From Mobula hypostoma (Eukaryota), in contig NC_086107.1 in assembly GCF_963921235.1 (NCBI RefSeq), positions 110,052,001 through 110,116,000 of the forward strand: a stretch of 64,000 nucleotides of DNA, given 5' to 3'. The stretch's first letter is position 1, and each line of letters starts with the position of its first letter. A program made the translations under genes and the position numbers. The notes below the pieces were generated by a model. That model worked only from the letters and a program-made list of their open reading frames with translations, was not told where the DNA came from and searched no databases. Shown in pieces: positions 1 to 11,687 of the stretch.

Positions 1-1
1 C

Positions 2-199
2 TTTGAAGAGCGTGGTGTTGACCTGTCCAAACCGCTGGTGGGCACCTGTGGCTCAGGGGTCTCTGCCTGCCACGTCGCTCTTGCTGCCAGCCTGTGCGGG
101 CAAGACAACGTGATGATCTACGATGGCGCCTGGGTGGAGTGGTTCAGAAGAGCTAGTCCGAGTTACATCATCTCGGTGAAAAGTGAGAAAACTGGGTAA
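2..199 (+). CDS. MPST: 3-mercaptopyruvate sulfurtransferase (rhodanese family), C-terminal coding exon; 5' part lies outside the window
   Basis: Frame 2 reads [65 protein letters not shown]. It has the MPST-type active-site loop CGSGV(S/T) (TST has CRKGVT) and the rhodanese C-terminal signature YDGxWxEW. TAA at 197-199. Confidence 0.9.
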   Translation, partial: FEERGVDLSKPLVGTCGSGVSACHVALAASLCGQDNVMIYDGAWVEWFRRASPSYIISVKSEKTG

Positions 200-293
200 T
201 CACCACTGAAGTCAATGGCTTGGGGTTGAAGCCACACACATCAAAGTTGCTGGTGAGCGCAGCAGGCCAGGCAGCAACTCTAGGAAGAGGTAC

Positions 294-329
294 AGTCAAC
301 GTTTCAGGCCGAGACCCTTCATCAGGACT
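294..329 (-). ncRNA. Minimal type-I hammerhead ribozyme motif (GUU triplet variant)
   Basis: Reverse complement AGTC-CTGATGA-AGGGTCTCGGCCT-GAAAC-GTT-GACT: CUGANGA and GAAA core boxes, stem I AGTC/GACT. Confidence 0.7.
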
Positions 330-1042
330 AAGTGAAGGAAGAGCTAGTAAGAGATTTGAAAGTGGGAGAGGGAGGGGGAGATCCGAAATGATAGGAGAAG
401 ACAGGAGGGGGAGGGATGGAGCCAAGAGCTGGACAGGTGACTGGCAAAAGGGATACAAGAGGATCATGGGACAAGAGGTCCGGGAAGAAAGACCAGGGGA
501 AGAACCCAGAGGATGGGCAAGGGGTATATTCAGGGACAGAGGGAGAAAAAGGAGAGTGAGAGAAAGAATGTGTGTATAAAAATAAATAACAGATGGGGTA
601 CGAGGGGGAGGTGGGGCATTAGCAGAAGTTAGAGAAGTCAATGTTCATGCCATCAGGTTGGAGGCTACCCAGACGGAGTATAAGGTGTTGTTCCTCCAAC
701 CTGAGTGTGGCTTCATCTTTACAGTAGAGGAGGCCGTGGATAGACATGTCAGAATGGGAATGGGATGTGGAATTAAAGTGTGTGGCCACTGGGAGATCCT
801 GCTTCCTCTGGCGGACAGAGCATAGGTGTTCAGCAAAGCGGTCTCCCAGTCTGCGTCGGGTCTCGCCAATATATAAAAGGCCACATCGGGAGCACCGGAC
901 GCAGTATATCACCCCAGCCGACTCATAGGTGAAATCACCTGTCCAGCTCTTGGCTCCATCCCTCCCCCTCCTGTCTTCTATCATTTTGGATCTCCCCCTC
1001 CCCCTCCAACTTTCAAATGTCTTACTCACTCTTCCTTCAGTT

Positions 1043-1078
1043 AGTCCTGACGAAGGGTCTCGGCCTGAAACGTCGACT
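1043..1078 (+). ncRNA. Minimal type-I hammerhead ribozyme motif
   Basis: AGTC-CTGACGA-AGGGTCTCGGCCT-GAAAC-GTC-GACT: core boxes, stems I and II, palindromic ACGT stem III; predicted cut 3' of C1074. Confidence 0.8.
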
Positions 1079-1275
1079 GTACCTCTTCCTAGAGATGCTG
1101 CCTGGCCTGCTGCATTCACCAGCAACTTTGATGTGTGTTGCTTGAATTTCCAGCATCTGCAGAATTCCTGTTGTTTGCGGCTTGGGGTTGACTTCTGAGA
1201 TCTGTGAAAAATTAGTGAGTCCCTTTTTTAAACCAGCGTCAGGGCACTCTATCTAATATTTAACCAGGAGGAAAT

Positions 1276-1639
1276 ATTAAAACGAAGTGTGTTTTAAATG
1301 TTCTGTGGAATATGTCTGGCACTCTTTATGGCAGTGTGTAGCAACAGTTACATCCTCTTCTTCCATGGTTTCCATGAGCTGGTGAGTTAACGGACTAAGT
1401 GTTGAACCTCTGTTTATCTTCTGATCCTTATGGTTCTTCCAGGAGTCAAAAAGTTGTGAGCAGTCTTTATTCTAACGATCGTACAAATAAACCTACAAAT
1501 ACTAAGCAAACTAAATAAAGAACTGAGGAAGGATGCTGAGAGGTGAATTCAAAGACAAAAGAATAAAGAAGCAAAGCAAAAGATGGTGCCTCTGAAAAAT
1601 CCATGACTTTTATAGATAAGAAACTTCTTAGATAATAAA
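1276..1639 (+). terminator. Candidate MPST polyadenylation signals
   Basis: ATTAAA at 1276-1281 followed by GT-rich sequence; AATAAA at 1486, 1514, 1562 and 1634. Which is used cannot be seen. Confidence 0.4.
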
Positions 1640-1962
1640 CTAGTTAATAGGCTACATAATTAAAATAATTGCATCACGTGGGTGATGTGCTAATACTTAG
1701 CCAATGAAAAATGAGAAAAGGTGATAAACCATTAGTTCAGCTGTTATACCACTTTCTGCCAGAGAGTGGGGATGAAACACTATGTATGGTGAAAAATACA
1801 TGAGTTTATTTAAAAAGTACGAATCTTATAATAAGTACGGTATTATCAAAAAAAAACAGTGATCTTCAAAAGTGGGTTGACAAATGTCAAGGTGACTCCT
1901 CAAGGTGCTGTGGTGGAACTGTTAATGAGAGGGGAATGTGCAGGCAAACATCATGCAGAATG

Positions 1963-2215
1963 CTGGCATGCTAGTGTAGTGGTTAGCGTGACGCTATTAC
2001 AGCTCGAGATGTGGGCGTCTGGAGCTCAATCCCGAGTCCTCTGTAAGGAGTTTGTACGTCCTCTCCAAAGGATGCTCACAGTCCAAAGGCCGAGTGGTTA
2101 GTAGGTTAATTGGTCATTGTAAATTGTCGCATGATTAGTCCAAGTTTAAACTGGTAGATTGACAGCGAGGCTCATTGAGCTGTGAGGATCTGTTCCATAC
2201 TGTGTGTCTAAATAA
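1963..2215 (+). mobile_element. HE1-like tRNA-derived elasmobranch SINE (degenerate)
   Basis: GTAGTGGTTAGC A-box head, then CTGTAAGGAGTTTGTACGT and GGTTAATTGGTCATTGTAAATTG. Related copies near 3400-3630(-), 6160-6410(-), 44180-44392(-), 50820-51085(-), 51813-52130(+), 55737-56010(+). Confidence 0.6.
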
Positions 2216-4129
2216 GTAAAAGTAAATACATTTAGAAAAGCAGCCTTACTACTGAAATCCCTGGAGTTAGACCCGAACCCTCAATTTCTGGTTCGTTTGA
2301 GATTGTTACCAATTAAACCAGCTGCACCAGAGGATGCATCACACGGGTGAATTATTCCAACAGGGCAGCCCAGGTTTCTGACTGAGAACACGAATCCTCG
2401 ATGAGTTTAGAATCCCAGAAGATAAAATCCAAGTCTAAATATTGTTGATCCTTTAAATGATCATCAGTCCTCCAAATGCATTTGTCAGAAGACCAAAGTT
2501 TTAACATGCAGGATTGTAGGCAGCTTCTTGGCCGCCATCAAAAGTGCAGCACAATTGGGCCAAGAGTTAAGTTTATTCAGCATTTTAGGTTACTCTGTCC
2601 TGTCACTAACCCAAGCCATGCCAAGCAAGTGCTAAAACACTTCCCTTCAGCAAGGACAAAATGTTAGATATGGGAAGGAAGGAATTGAATTGAAAATGAT
2701 GTGAAAAAAAACATCAGAAAGAAAATGTGTGATGAATTCAACATTTAAATTAAAAAATGCCTATTGTCCTAGTTAATTAATAATTAAAACAGCCTCTGAA
2801 CTAATTTACTAGAGGTTGAATATTAGCTGCCTTGGAGACACAGCAATATCATCCAACGTAAACAGCATTTTACAAACTTATAATCAGACTCAGATTTGAG
2901 AACTTTGATCGTATAAAAAGAATAAAGCTGTGAAATTGTTTGAAGATCTTGTACCTTGGCTTGTTGATATTGTGCTTCTCCTTCCAATAAAGGCAAGATA
3001 GGAAACATAGACACACAGGCCTATCATTTTACTGAGTGAATTTACTTCACGTTGAATGTTACAGAGGAGAACAGCACCTGAGTGTTTCATAATGTTCCCT
3101 TCACTGGATCTGCTTCACAGGACTGTTTGTTAATTAATTAATTTATTTTGGAGATACCGCACAGAATATGCCCTTCTGGCCCTTTGAGCTGTGCTGCCCT
3201 GGCATCCCCTCAACCCAGGTTTAACCCTGACCGATTTCTTCTTCCTTCTTGGGCCCTTAGCTCCCAGTGAGGCAAAGGCCATCAAAGACCTCCGGTTTCC
3301 ATTGTCCAAAGTCAAGGTTATGTTTGGAGGTTGTCATTTTTTTTCCGTAATCCATTATATCCACCGTACAGGGGATTGGCCTCCACAGCTTCACCAGAGC
3401 ACTGTAGGCCAGCCTTGCCTGTTTCCACCTCTCACGATGGGGACATAGGATTGGACTTTGAGAGGCACGGGACAATTTGCATTGACCAGTTAACCTACCC
3501 AGCACGTCTTTTCGACTGCGGGAGGAAACTGAAGCACCCAGGGGAAACCTATGCTTTTCGCGGAGACCCCTTACAGAGGACAGTCCAAGCTGTGATAGGT
3601 CCTCCAAGCTAGCCGCAACCCTACCATGGTGCCCATGTTGAGCATTCCTAAGTGATTGCATTTGCTTCTAATTCCAGGAATTGTCTTATGAGGGGAGAGA
3701 TCAAGTACACTGACTAAATTTCTGAAGGAATAGTAAATAACTGCATTGAAGCAGGCGACATTCTGAAAGCAACTGACAAGGTGGATGTGATGGGCATTTC
3801 TCCCCCAGACTTGAGAGTCCAGAGACAAGGGACAGGCATGGTCCCGGGATCAGGGTCAGAAAGTTTGGATTGAGAAGAGAAACAATTCACTTACTTAGAA
3901 TCGTGTCTTTGAAATCCTCCACTCTGAGAGGATGTGCTTGCTTAGTTGTTGAGAGAATTCAGAGTCGACTAATAGAACTTGAGCAGTCAAGGGAAGAAAG
4001 CAGGTTGCACGTCAGGCATGAATATAGGCTTGAAGGAGAACAGCATTGTTGATCACTGAAGAGTGGAACAGGCTTGAGGTGCTGTAGTGGCTAATTCAGC
4101 TTCTTTCTCTTTCATTCTTGTGTTATCTT

Positions 4130-4690
4130 TGAGCCACAGAGTCTTGGAACTCTACAGCACAGAAACAGGCCCTTCAGCCCATCTAGTCCATGCCAAACTA
4201 TTATTCTGCCTAGCCCCATTGACCTGCATTCGAACCATAGCCCCCATAACCCTCCCATCCAAATTTCTCTCAAACATTGCAATCAAACCCACATCCACCA
4301 CTTATGCTGGCAGCTGGTTCCACACTCTTACCCACATTCTGAGTGAGAAAGTTCCCTCTCGTGTCCCCATTAACCATTTCACCGTTCACCCTTAATCTAT
4401 GACCTCTAGTTTTAGTTTCACCTAACCTCAGTGGAAAAAGCCTACTTGCATTCACCCCTCATAATTTTGTATATCTCTACCAAATATCCCCTAATTCTCC
4501 TAACCAGCCAATCTTTCCCTTTAACTCAAGTCCCAGCAACATCCTTGCAAATTTTCTCTGCACTCTTTCAATCTTTTTGAAATTTTTCTTGTGACCAGAA
4601 CTGCACACAATACTCCAAATGAGGCCCCAGCAACGTATTATACAACTTCAACATAACATCCCATCTCCTATACTTAGAATTTGATTTATG
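4130..4690 (-). mobile_element. CR1 LINE 3' fragment, degraded
   Basis: Minus-strand remnants LFPLRLGETKTRGHRLRV...RGNFLTQ and VLCAVLVT(EYCVQFWS)-like sequence match the CR1 RT C-terminus seen in the intact copies. Confidence 0.7.
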
Positions 4691-6619
4691 CAAGTCAGTT
4701 TTCTGGGCAGGGGAGATTCTAAATGTCCATCCACTGGCAAATGTGTACCACAGCTGTGGCTGCCTCCAGCTTCATGAATGGACTGAGATCAGAAACCCTT
4801 CCAGCTTCAGTTCAACTTGTACAGTGTAGCAGATCGAATGGTATTTCAGGCCAGAGATGCAGAGTCAGAATCAGGGTTAATATCACCGGCATATGTCATG
4901 AAACTTGTTGTTTTGCAGCAGCAGTACGATGAAATACATACTAATAAAAATCTATTAAAAGTAGTACAAAAAGAGGTAAAAATGCTGAAGTAGTGTTCAT
5001 GGGTTCAATGTCCATTCAGAAATCTGATGGCAGAGGGGAAGAAGCTGTTCCTGAAAAGTTGAGTGTGTGTCTTCAGGCTCCTGTACCTCCTCTCTGATGG
5101 TAGCAATGAGAAGAGGGCTTGTCCTGGGAGATGGGGGTCCTTAATGATGGATGCTGCCCGTTCAAGGCATCGCTTTTTGAAGGTATCCTCGATGCTGGAT
5201 TACACTGAGCCCTCCCACTTGTTGAAGTGAAACCTGACTCCTTCGAAAAACTTGAGACACGAGTGAAATCTGAAGCAATGCACAAAAGGCTGGAGGAACT
5301 CAGCAGGTCAGGCAGCATCAACAGCGGGAAATGTACGGTTGATGTTTTGGTCCTGATGAAAGTTTTTGCCTGTTGCTCCTTCAGAGTGACTGCTAGACAT
5401 AGGCTGGTGTTGTCTCAGGCTGTTTGCCGATCCTTGTGGACTCTGCAGAGTGCCCCTGTTCTCAGTTTCTCACGCTGGTCTAGTTGGATATTAAAGAAAT
5501 GTATTGGAGAAGGACAGGAATTATTATTTTAAAATTACATAAAATAAGCCTTTCCAGAAGAACTCCCTCAGCTTAAGGCTTTAATGACAACTTTTGTCCT
5601 GTTTTATTGTGATATCACTCTGGAGGAACATTGTATCATTTCTTAATGCATGCATGCATTTCTAAATGACAATAAACGAGGACTGAGTGTCCTCATAATC
5701 TAATCTAAAATCTAAAAACAGAGTGGAACTTTGCTGCTAATCTCCACGAAACTACCAATAATTCCTCAACAAGACATCCTGAAATTTTCGCAGTGATCCC
5801 CTCCCTGAGGTCTTCAGAATTGGTAATTTGATATAACTTTCACTTGTTTATATGCTTCTTCTGTAAAAATATTAAAACGTTACTCCTTGGGTGATGTCTA
5901 ACTGATTTTCTAACTGCCTTGAGATGTAATTAGTGCTGAACAATCTCTATGGCTCTGTAAAGTTATATTTCTGTTCAGCTGTCCAGAATAATTAAATAAA
6001 TATTATATATGTTATAACTTTTAAAAAATATTAGTTTAAAGTATTTGAGTTTTTAGAAACATGGTTACACAGTGTAGAAAACAGGCCCGATAATCCGTCT
6101 GAACCACATTGACTAAGTTGCCTGAATGACCTAATCAATTTGCATTTATTTATTTATTTATTGAGATACAGTGCGGAATAGGCCCTCTCCCCAGCAACTC
6201 CCAATTTAACCCGAGCCTAATCACGGGATGATTTACAATGACCAATTGTAAATCTACTAACCGGTACGTTTGTGGACTGTGGGAGGAAATCGGAGGACCG
6301 GGAGAAAACCCACCCATTCCACCGGCTCCTTACAGATGATGTCGGAATTGAACTCTGAACTCTGCCCCCCCAAAAAAAACAGCGTCACGCTAACCGCAAC
6401 GTTACCATGGCACCCCCATACACCTCCTAACCTGGGCTCCATGAACCCCGCGGTTAATGGTAATGTTAAAAAGTTTGGGATCCCAGCTCTAAACCTTTCC
6501 TACCCAAATGTCTTTTAAAAGTTGTTAATTGTACCCACATTTTCCAGTTTCTCTGGTAAACCTTCCCATATACCCGCCACCCTCTATGACAGGAGTTCCT
6601 CCAACTTTTTTATGCCATG

Positions 6620-6924
6620 TGTTGGTGCGTGGCCAAGTGGTTAAGGTGTTCGTCTAGTGATTTGAAGGTCGCTTGTTCGAGCCTTGGCTGAGGGTGCGTG
6701 TTGTGTCCTTGAGCAAGGCACTTAACCACACATTGCTCTGCGACGACACTGGTGCCAAGCTGTATGGGTCCTAATGCCCTTCCCTTGGACAACATTGGTG
6801 TCGTGGAGAGGGGAGACTTGCAGCATGGGCAACTGCCGGTCTTCCATACAACCTTGCCCAGGCCTAGGCCCTGAAAACTTTCCAAGGCACAAATCCATGG
6901 TCTCTTGAGACTACCAGATGCCTA
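6620..6924 (+). mobile_element. tRNA-derived SINE with CORE-like central segment
   Basis: A box TGGCCAAGTGG, B box GTTCGAGCC, then TGTGTCCTTGAGCAAGGCACTTAACC. 11-bp TSD TTTATGCCATG at 6609-6619 and 6925-6935. Confidence 0.75.
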
Positions 6925-7562
6925 TTTATGCCATGGACCAACACCATTAAGCAAGGGAGCCCAGGTTGGAAAGCCCTGATCTGTGTGAAAGAGTGCCCCT
7001 CAGGTCCCTTCTGAATCGTTCCTTTCTCACTTTAAACCTGCTTCTTCTAGATTTGGATCCCCTTATCCTGGTGAGAAGTCTTTTGCCGTTCCCCTTATCT
7101 GTGCCAACGGTGATTTTATAAAAGGCTCGAGGAGCCGAGTCGTCTCCACCTGCTCCCGTTTTTTGTTGCTGCCGTGGCCGGAGGCTTTGAGCTTCCCTGT
7201 GCGGTGAAAAGGGGCAGCTGCATCATGAAACCAAGAAAAATAGAACACTGAAAGAAGTCAGCAGGTCAAGCAATATCTGTGGAGGCAATAGGTATTGGAA
7301 TTGGTTTATTATTGTCACGTGTACTGAGATACAGTGAAGTGCTTGTCTTGCAAAATGGTCATTCAGATCAAATCATTACACAGTGCACTGAGGGAGAACA
7401 AGGTAAGACAATAACAATGCAGAATAAACTGTAACAGCTACAAAGAAAATTCGGCACTGGCAAATAATAAGATAGATTGTGAGGTCAAGAGTCCAATTTA
7501 TCATACTAGGGATATATTTAATAGTCTTACAACAGTAGGGTAGAAGCTCTCCTCATGTCATT

Positions 7563-8080
7563 GTCATAGTCATAGTCATACTTTATTGATCCCGGGGGAA
7601 ATTGGTTTTCATTACAGTTGCACCATAAATAATTAAATAGTAATAAAACCATAAATAGTTAAATAGTAATATGTAAATTATGCCAGGAAGATAAGTCCAG
7701 GACCAGCCTATTGGCTCAGGGTGTCTGACCCTCCAAGGGAGGAGTTGTAAAGTTTGATGGCCACAGGCAGGAATGATTTCCTATGACGCTCTGTGTTGCA
7801 TCTCGGTGGAATGAGTCTCTGGCTGAATGTACTCCTGTGCCCACCCAGTACATTATGTAGTGGATGGGAGACATTGTCCAAGATGGCATGCAACTTGGAC
7901 AGCATCCTCTTTTCAGACACCACCGTCAGGGAGTCCAGTTCCATCCCCACGACATCACTGGCCTTACGAATGAGTTTGTTGATTCTGTTGGTGTCTGCTA
8001 CCCTCAGCCTGTTGCCCCAGCACACAACAGCAAACATGATCGCACTGGCCACCACAGACTCGTAGAACATCATCAGCATC
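7563..8080 (-). mobile_element. Rex1/Babar-type LINE 3' end
   Basis: ORF ending FYESVVASAIMFAVVCWG...RKSFLPVAIKLYN...GGSDTLSQ*; AATAAA plus (TATGAC)n tail; nearly identical to 53100-53605. Confidence 0.75.
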
Positions 8081-8541
8081 ATGTTAAGCTCTTTCAGATT
8101 TTTCTGTCTTATGCCCAATGGAAGAAGGGAGACAACAGAAGGTCCAGGGTGGATAGAGTCGTTGACCATTCTGGCTGCTTTACCAAGCCAGTGAGAAGTA
8201 TAGGTTGATGCTTTCGATCAGGAGTGAGAGGGAAGGGAAACGATTGTCAGATATAGATGTAATAATAATATTGCTACCATTATTTTGTTTTTCCTCTTTC
8301 TTTTTGTATTTGCAGTTTGTTGTCTTTTGCTCATTGGGTGTTTGTCCGTCCTGTTGGCTGTGGTCTTTCATTGATTCTATTGTGTTTCTTGCACGTACTG
8401 TGAATGCCCACAAGAAAATGAATTTCAGGGTTGTACATGGTGACATTTATGTACTTTGAACTTTGAATTAGATTAGAGACAGCTGGAATTATCAGTTCTG
8501 TTATCGACCTTTCGTGAGAACACTGAGAGCATTGTTGGTCA

Positions 8542-8744
8542 CACAACACATATCTAAGTTGCTGGTGAACACAACAGGCCAGGCAGCATCTCTAGGAAGG
8601 GGTACAGTCGACGTTTCAGGCCGAGACCCTTCGTCAGGACTAACTGAAAGAAGAGCTAGTAAGAGATTTGAAAGTGGGAGGGGGAGATCTGAAATGATAG
8701 GAGAAAACAGGAGGGGGAGGGATGGAGCCAAGAGCTTTGTGTTT
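8542..8744 (-). mobile_element. Penelope terminal-repeat fragment with hammerhead motif at 8606-8641 (-)
   Basis: Same repeat as 235-441. Flanked by GCATTGTTGGTCA (8529-8541) and GCATTATTGGTCA (8745-8757), a TSD with one mismatch. Confidence 0.8.
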
Positions 8745-9594
8745 GCATTATTGGTCAAGCTGGTTTCCCTTGGCCTGGATTACTCTGTATGTCAATGGGA
8801 AAAATGTGACATCAAACAACCCAATCGCGGATTTATTCTCCATCAGATAACGGGCAACAACGGAGTAGGGCAGGATTTGATGGTTTTAATTTTGGACATA
8901 AAGCGCAATAATGAGCCCTACCAGCCCAGTGAGTCCATACCGCCCAGTTACACCCACGTGACCGAGTAACCCACCAACCCGTTCGTCTTTAGAATGTGGG
9001 AGGAAACTAGAGCACCCAGCCCTTAAGGCATGGGAGTAGAATGAGGCTATTCAACCCATCGAGTCTCCTCCGCCATTCCATCATGCCTGATCTACTATCC
9101 CTCTCAACTTCATGCTCCAGCCTTCTCCCCATAACGTTTAACACCCTTACTGATCGAGAACCTGCCAACCTCCATTTTAAACATACCCAATGACCCCACA
9201 GCCGTCTGTGGGACAACTGTGCCACGCCGGCCATGATACTAATGCTTTCTTACAACAACCTATGCAATGGACTATGTATAATGTGCATAGAAATTGTTCT
9301 GTGAAAGGGCCCGTGAACCCACCAGGGCAACACACACAAAATGCTGGAGGAACTCAGCAGGCCACACAGCATTCATGAAAATGAATAAACACTTTCGACA
9401 TTTTGGGCTGAGACCCTTCTTCAGGTCTTGAGCTGAAGTGGGGCGGGGGAGACAACAGAATAAAAAGCTGGGGGGAGGGGAAGGAGGACAAACTGGGAGG
9501 TGTTGGGTAAAGCCAGGTGAGTGGGAAAGGCATTGCAGTCTCAGAGGACAACCCACAGCAGGAGTTACACAGGGAATCGGAGAAGACTGAGAAG

Positions 9595-10400
9595 AGCAGT
9601 AGAACAGAGGGATCTGGGAATACATATCCATAATTCCTTGAAAATGGCATCACAGGTAGATAGGGTCGTAAAGAGCTTTCAGCACATTGATCCTTCATAA
9701 ATCTGAGTATTAGGTACAGGAGTTGAGATGTTATGCTGAAGTTGTATAAGATACTGGTAAGGTCTAATCTGAGGTATTGTCTACAGTTTTGGTCACCTAC
9801 CTTCAGGAGAGATGTAAATAAGATTGATAGAGTACAGAAAAAAATTACAAGGATATGGCTGGGGCTTGAGGGCCCGAGTTACAGGAAAAGGTTGAATGGG
9901 TGAGGATTTTATTCCCTGTAGTAAGCCGGCTGGTGGCCTAGTGGCATCAGCGCCGGACTTTGGAGCGAAGGCACCCGAATTCGAATCCAGCCGGCTCCCT
10001 TGCACGCCTTCCATCTGTGCTGGGTTGAGCATCGAGCTAGCAACTCAGCTTCGTGAAAATAGGAAAGCCTGCTAAAAAGATGGCATCCCAATGACTCCAC
10101 TTGGAGTTAGGGGCTTCCTTCTTTCTTATTCCCTGAAGTGTAGGGGAACGAGAGGAGATTTAATAGAGGTATACAAAATAATTAGGGGTCAGATATGGTA
10201 AATGCAAGCGGGCTTTTTCCACTGCGTTTGGGTGAGACCAGAACTAGAGGTCATAGGTTAAGGGTGAAAGGTAAAATATTTAAGGGCAACCTGAGGGGAA
10301 ACCTTTTCCACTCACAAGATGCTGCGAGTGTGTGGAACGAGCTGCCAGTAGAAATGGTGGTTGTGGGTTCGTTTGCAACGTTTGAGAGAAGTCTGGGCAC
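9595..10400 (+). mobile_element. CR1 3' fragment interrupted by a tRNA-derived SINE (about 9919-10125)
   Basis: CR1 RT remnants (LFPLRLGETRTRGHRLRVKG) on both sides. SINE head GGTGGCCTAGTGG...TTCGAATCC with TSD TTATTCCCTG at 9909-9918 and 10126-10135. Same SINE family near 24448-24650(+) and 45720-45927(-). Confidence 0.7.
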
Positions 10401-11109
10401 GCATTGGGTAAAAATACAAACTTGGGTTGTTTTCTCTGGCGTGGCAGAGGCTGAGGGGGGATCTGACAGAGGTTTAGAAGATTATGAGAGACGTAGATAG
10501 AGTAGACGGTGTATTTTTTCCCAGGGTAGAAATGTCAAATACCAGAGGGCATGCATTGAAGGTGAGAGGGGTAGGTTCAAGGGGGATGTGAGGGGTAAGT
10601 TTTTTCACTCAGAGAGTGGTGGATGCCTGGTAAGGCGGTAGAGGCAAATAAATCAAGGGCTTTTAAGAGGCGTTTCGATAGGCACATTAATGTGAGGGAA
10701 GATGGAGGGATATGGACGGTGTGTAGATAGGAGGGATTAGTGCGTGGGGGTTTGTGATTCGGCACAGTACTGGGGACCAAAAGGCCCGTCCCGGTTCTGT
10801 ACTGTGCCATGTTCTCCATGAACAGTATGCTAGACAAGCTTTCCACTGCATCTCAGGACATGCGATAATAATAAATAAAATACAGTGCAAAAATAAGTAA
10901 ATAGCTCAAAAGCAAGGAATAACAAGGTAGTGTTCGTGGACCACTTAGAAATCTGTAGGCAAGTGTAAGAAACCGTTCCTAAGACGATAATGTGGGTGTT
11001 CAGGCTCCTGTGCCCCCTCTCTGATGGCAAAGGAGAAAAGGGCATGTGCCAGATGGTGGGGTCCTTATCGATGGACACCACCTTGAAGATGGCCTCGATG
11101 ATAAAACCG

Positions 11110-11510
11110 TAAGATATAGGAACAGAATTAGGCCATTTGGCCCATCGAATCGGTTCCACCATTTCGTCACAGCGGATGCATTTTCCCTCTCAGCCCCAAC
11201 CTCCCCGTATCCCTTCATGCCCTGTCTAATCAAGAATTTATCAATCCCAAATATACATAAAGACGTGGCCTCCACAGCCACCGGTGGCAATGAATTCCAC
11301 AAGTTCACCACTCTCCAGCTAAAGAAATTCCCCCTCATCTCTGTTCTAAAAGGACGCCCCTCTATTCCGAAGCTGTGTCCTCCGGTCTTAGACCCCCCAC
11401 CATAGGAAACATCCTCTCCACATCCACTTTTTTGAGGCTTTTCAACATTTGATAGGTTTCAATGAGGTTACCCCTCATTCCTCTGAATTGCAGTGAAAAG
11501 AGACCCAGAG
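11110..11510 (-). mobile_element. CR1 LINE 3' fragment
   Basis: MRGNFFSWRVVNLWNSLP...GMKGYGE motif on the minus strand. Confidence 0.7.
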
Positions 11511-11687
11511 CCTCTACTCACTTATGCCTTGATGGAAAGGAGTTGCCAAAGTAGATACTGCCTGACCTGCTGAGCCCGTCCTGCAGATTGTGTGTTGCTC
11601 TGGATTGCAGGCTCTGAGGTCTCTTGAACACAAGACGTTCTGCAAATGCTCGAAGCAACATACACACAAACTATGCAAAAAAAAGCT

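Larger units (their letters stand above)
230..1178 (-). mobile_element. Penelope-like element fragment (GIY-YIG C-terminus plus terminal repeat on -, inverted terminal-repeat copy on +) in the MPST 3' UTR
   Basis: Minus strand encodes GVIYCVRCSRCGLLYIGETRRRLGDRFAEH...LEEQHLILRLGSLQPDGMN (GIY-YIG). 235-441 and 934-1137 are inverted copies. 13-bp TSD GGCTTGGGGTTGA at 217-229 and 1179-1191. Confidence 0.9.

Noticed and set aside
168..1198. ORFs such as MLVNAAGQAASLGRGTVDVSGRDPSSG and SPVQLLAPSLPLLSS, recurring near 8514, 11740, 15371, 41452 and 42904
   Set aside because: Incidental translations of the Penelope terminal repeat and purine-rich UTR; 619-1125 is a chimera across an inversion junction, not a gene.
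6620..6695. tRNA-like A/B boxes (also near 9925, 14930-14996 and 24450)
   Set aside because: They continue into SINE bodies with TSDs; no intact cloverleaf or Pol III terminator, so not tRNA genes.
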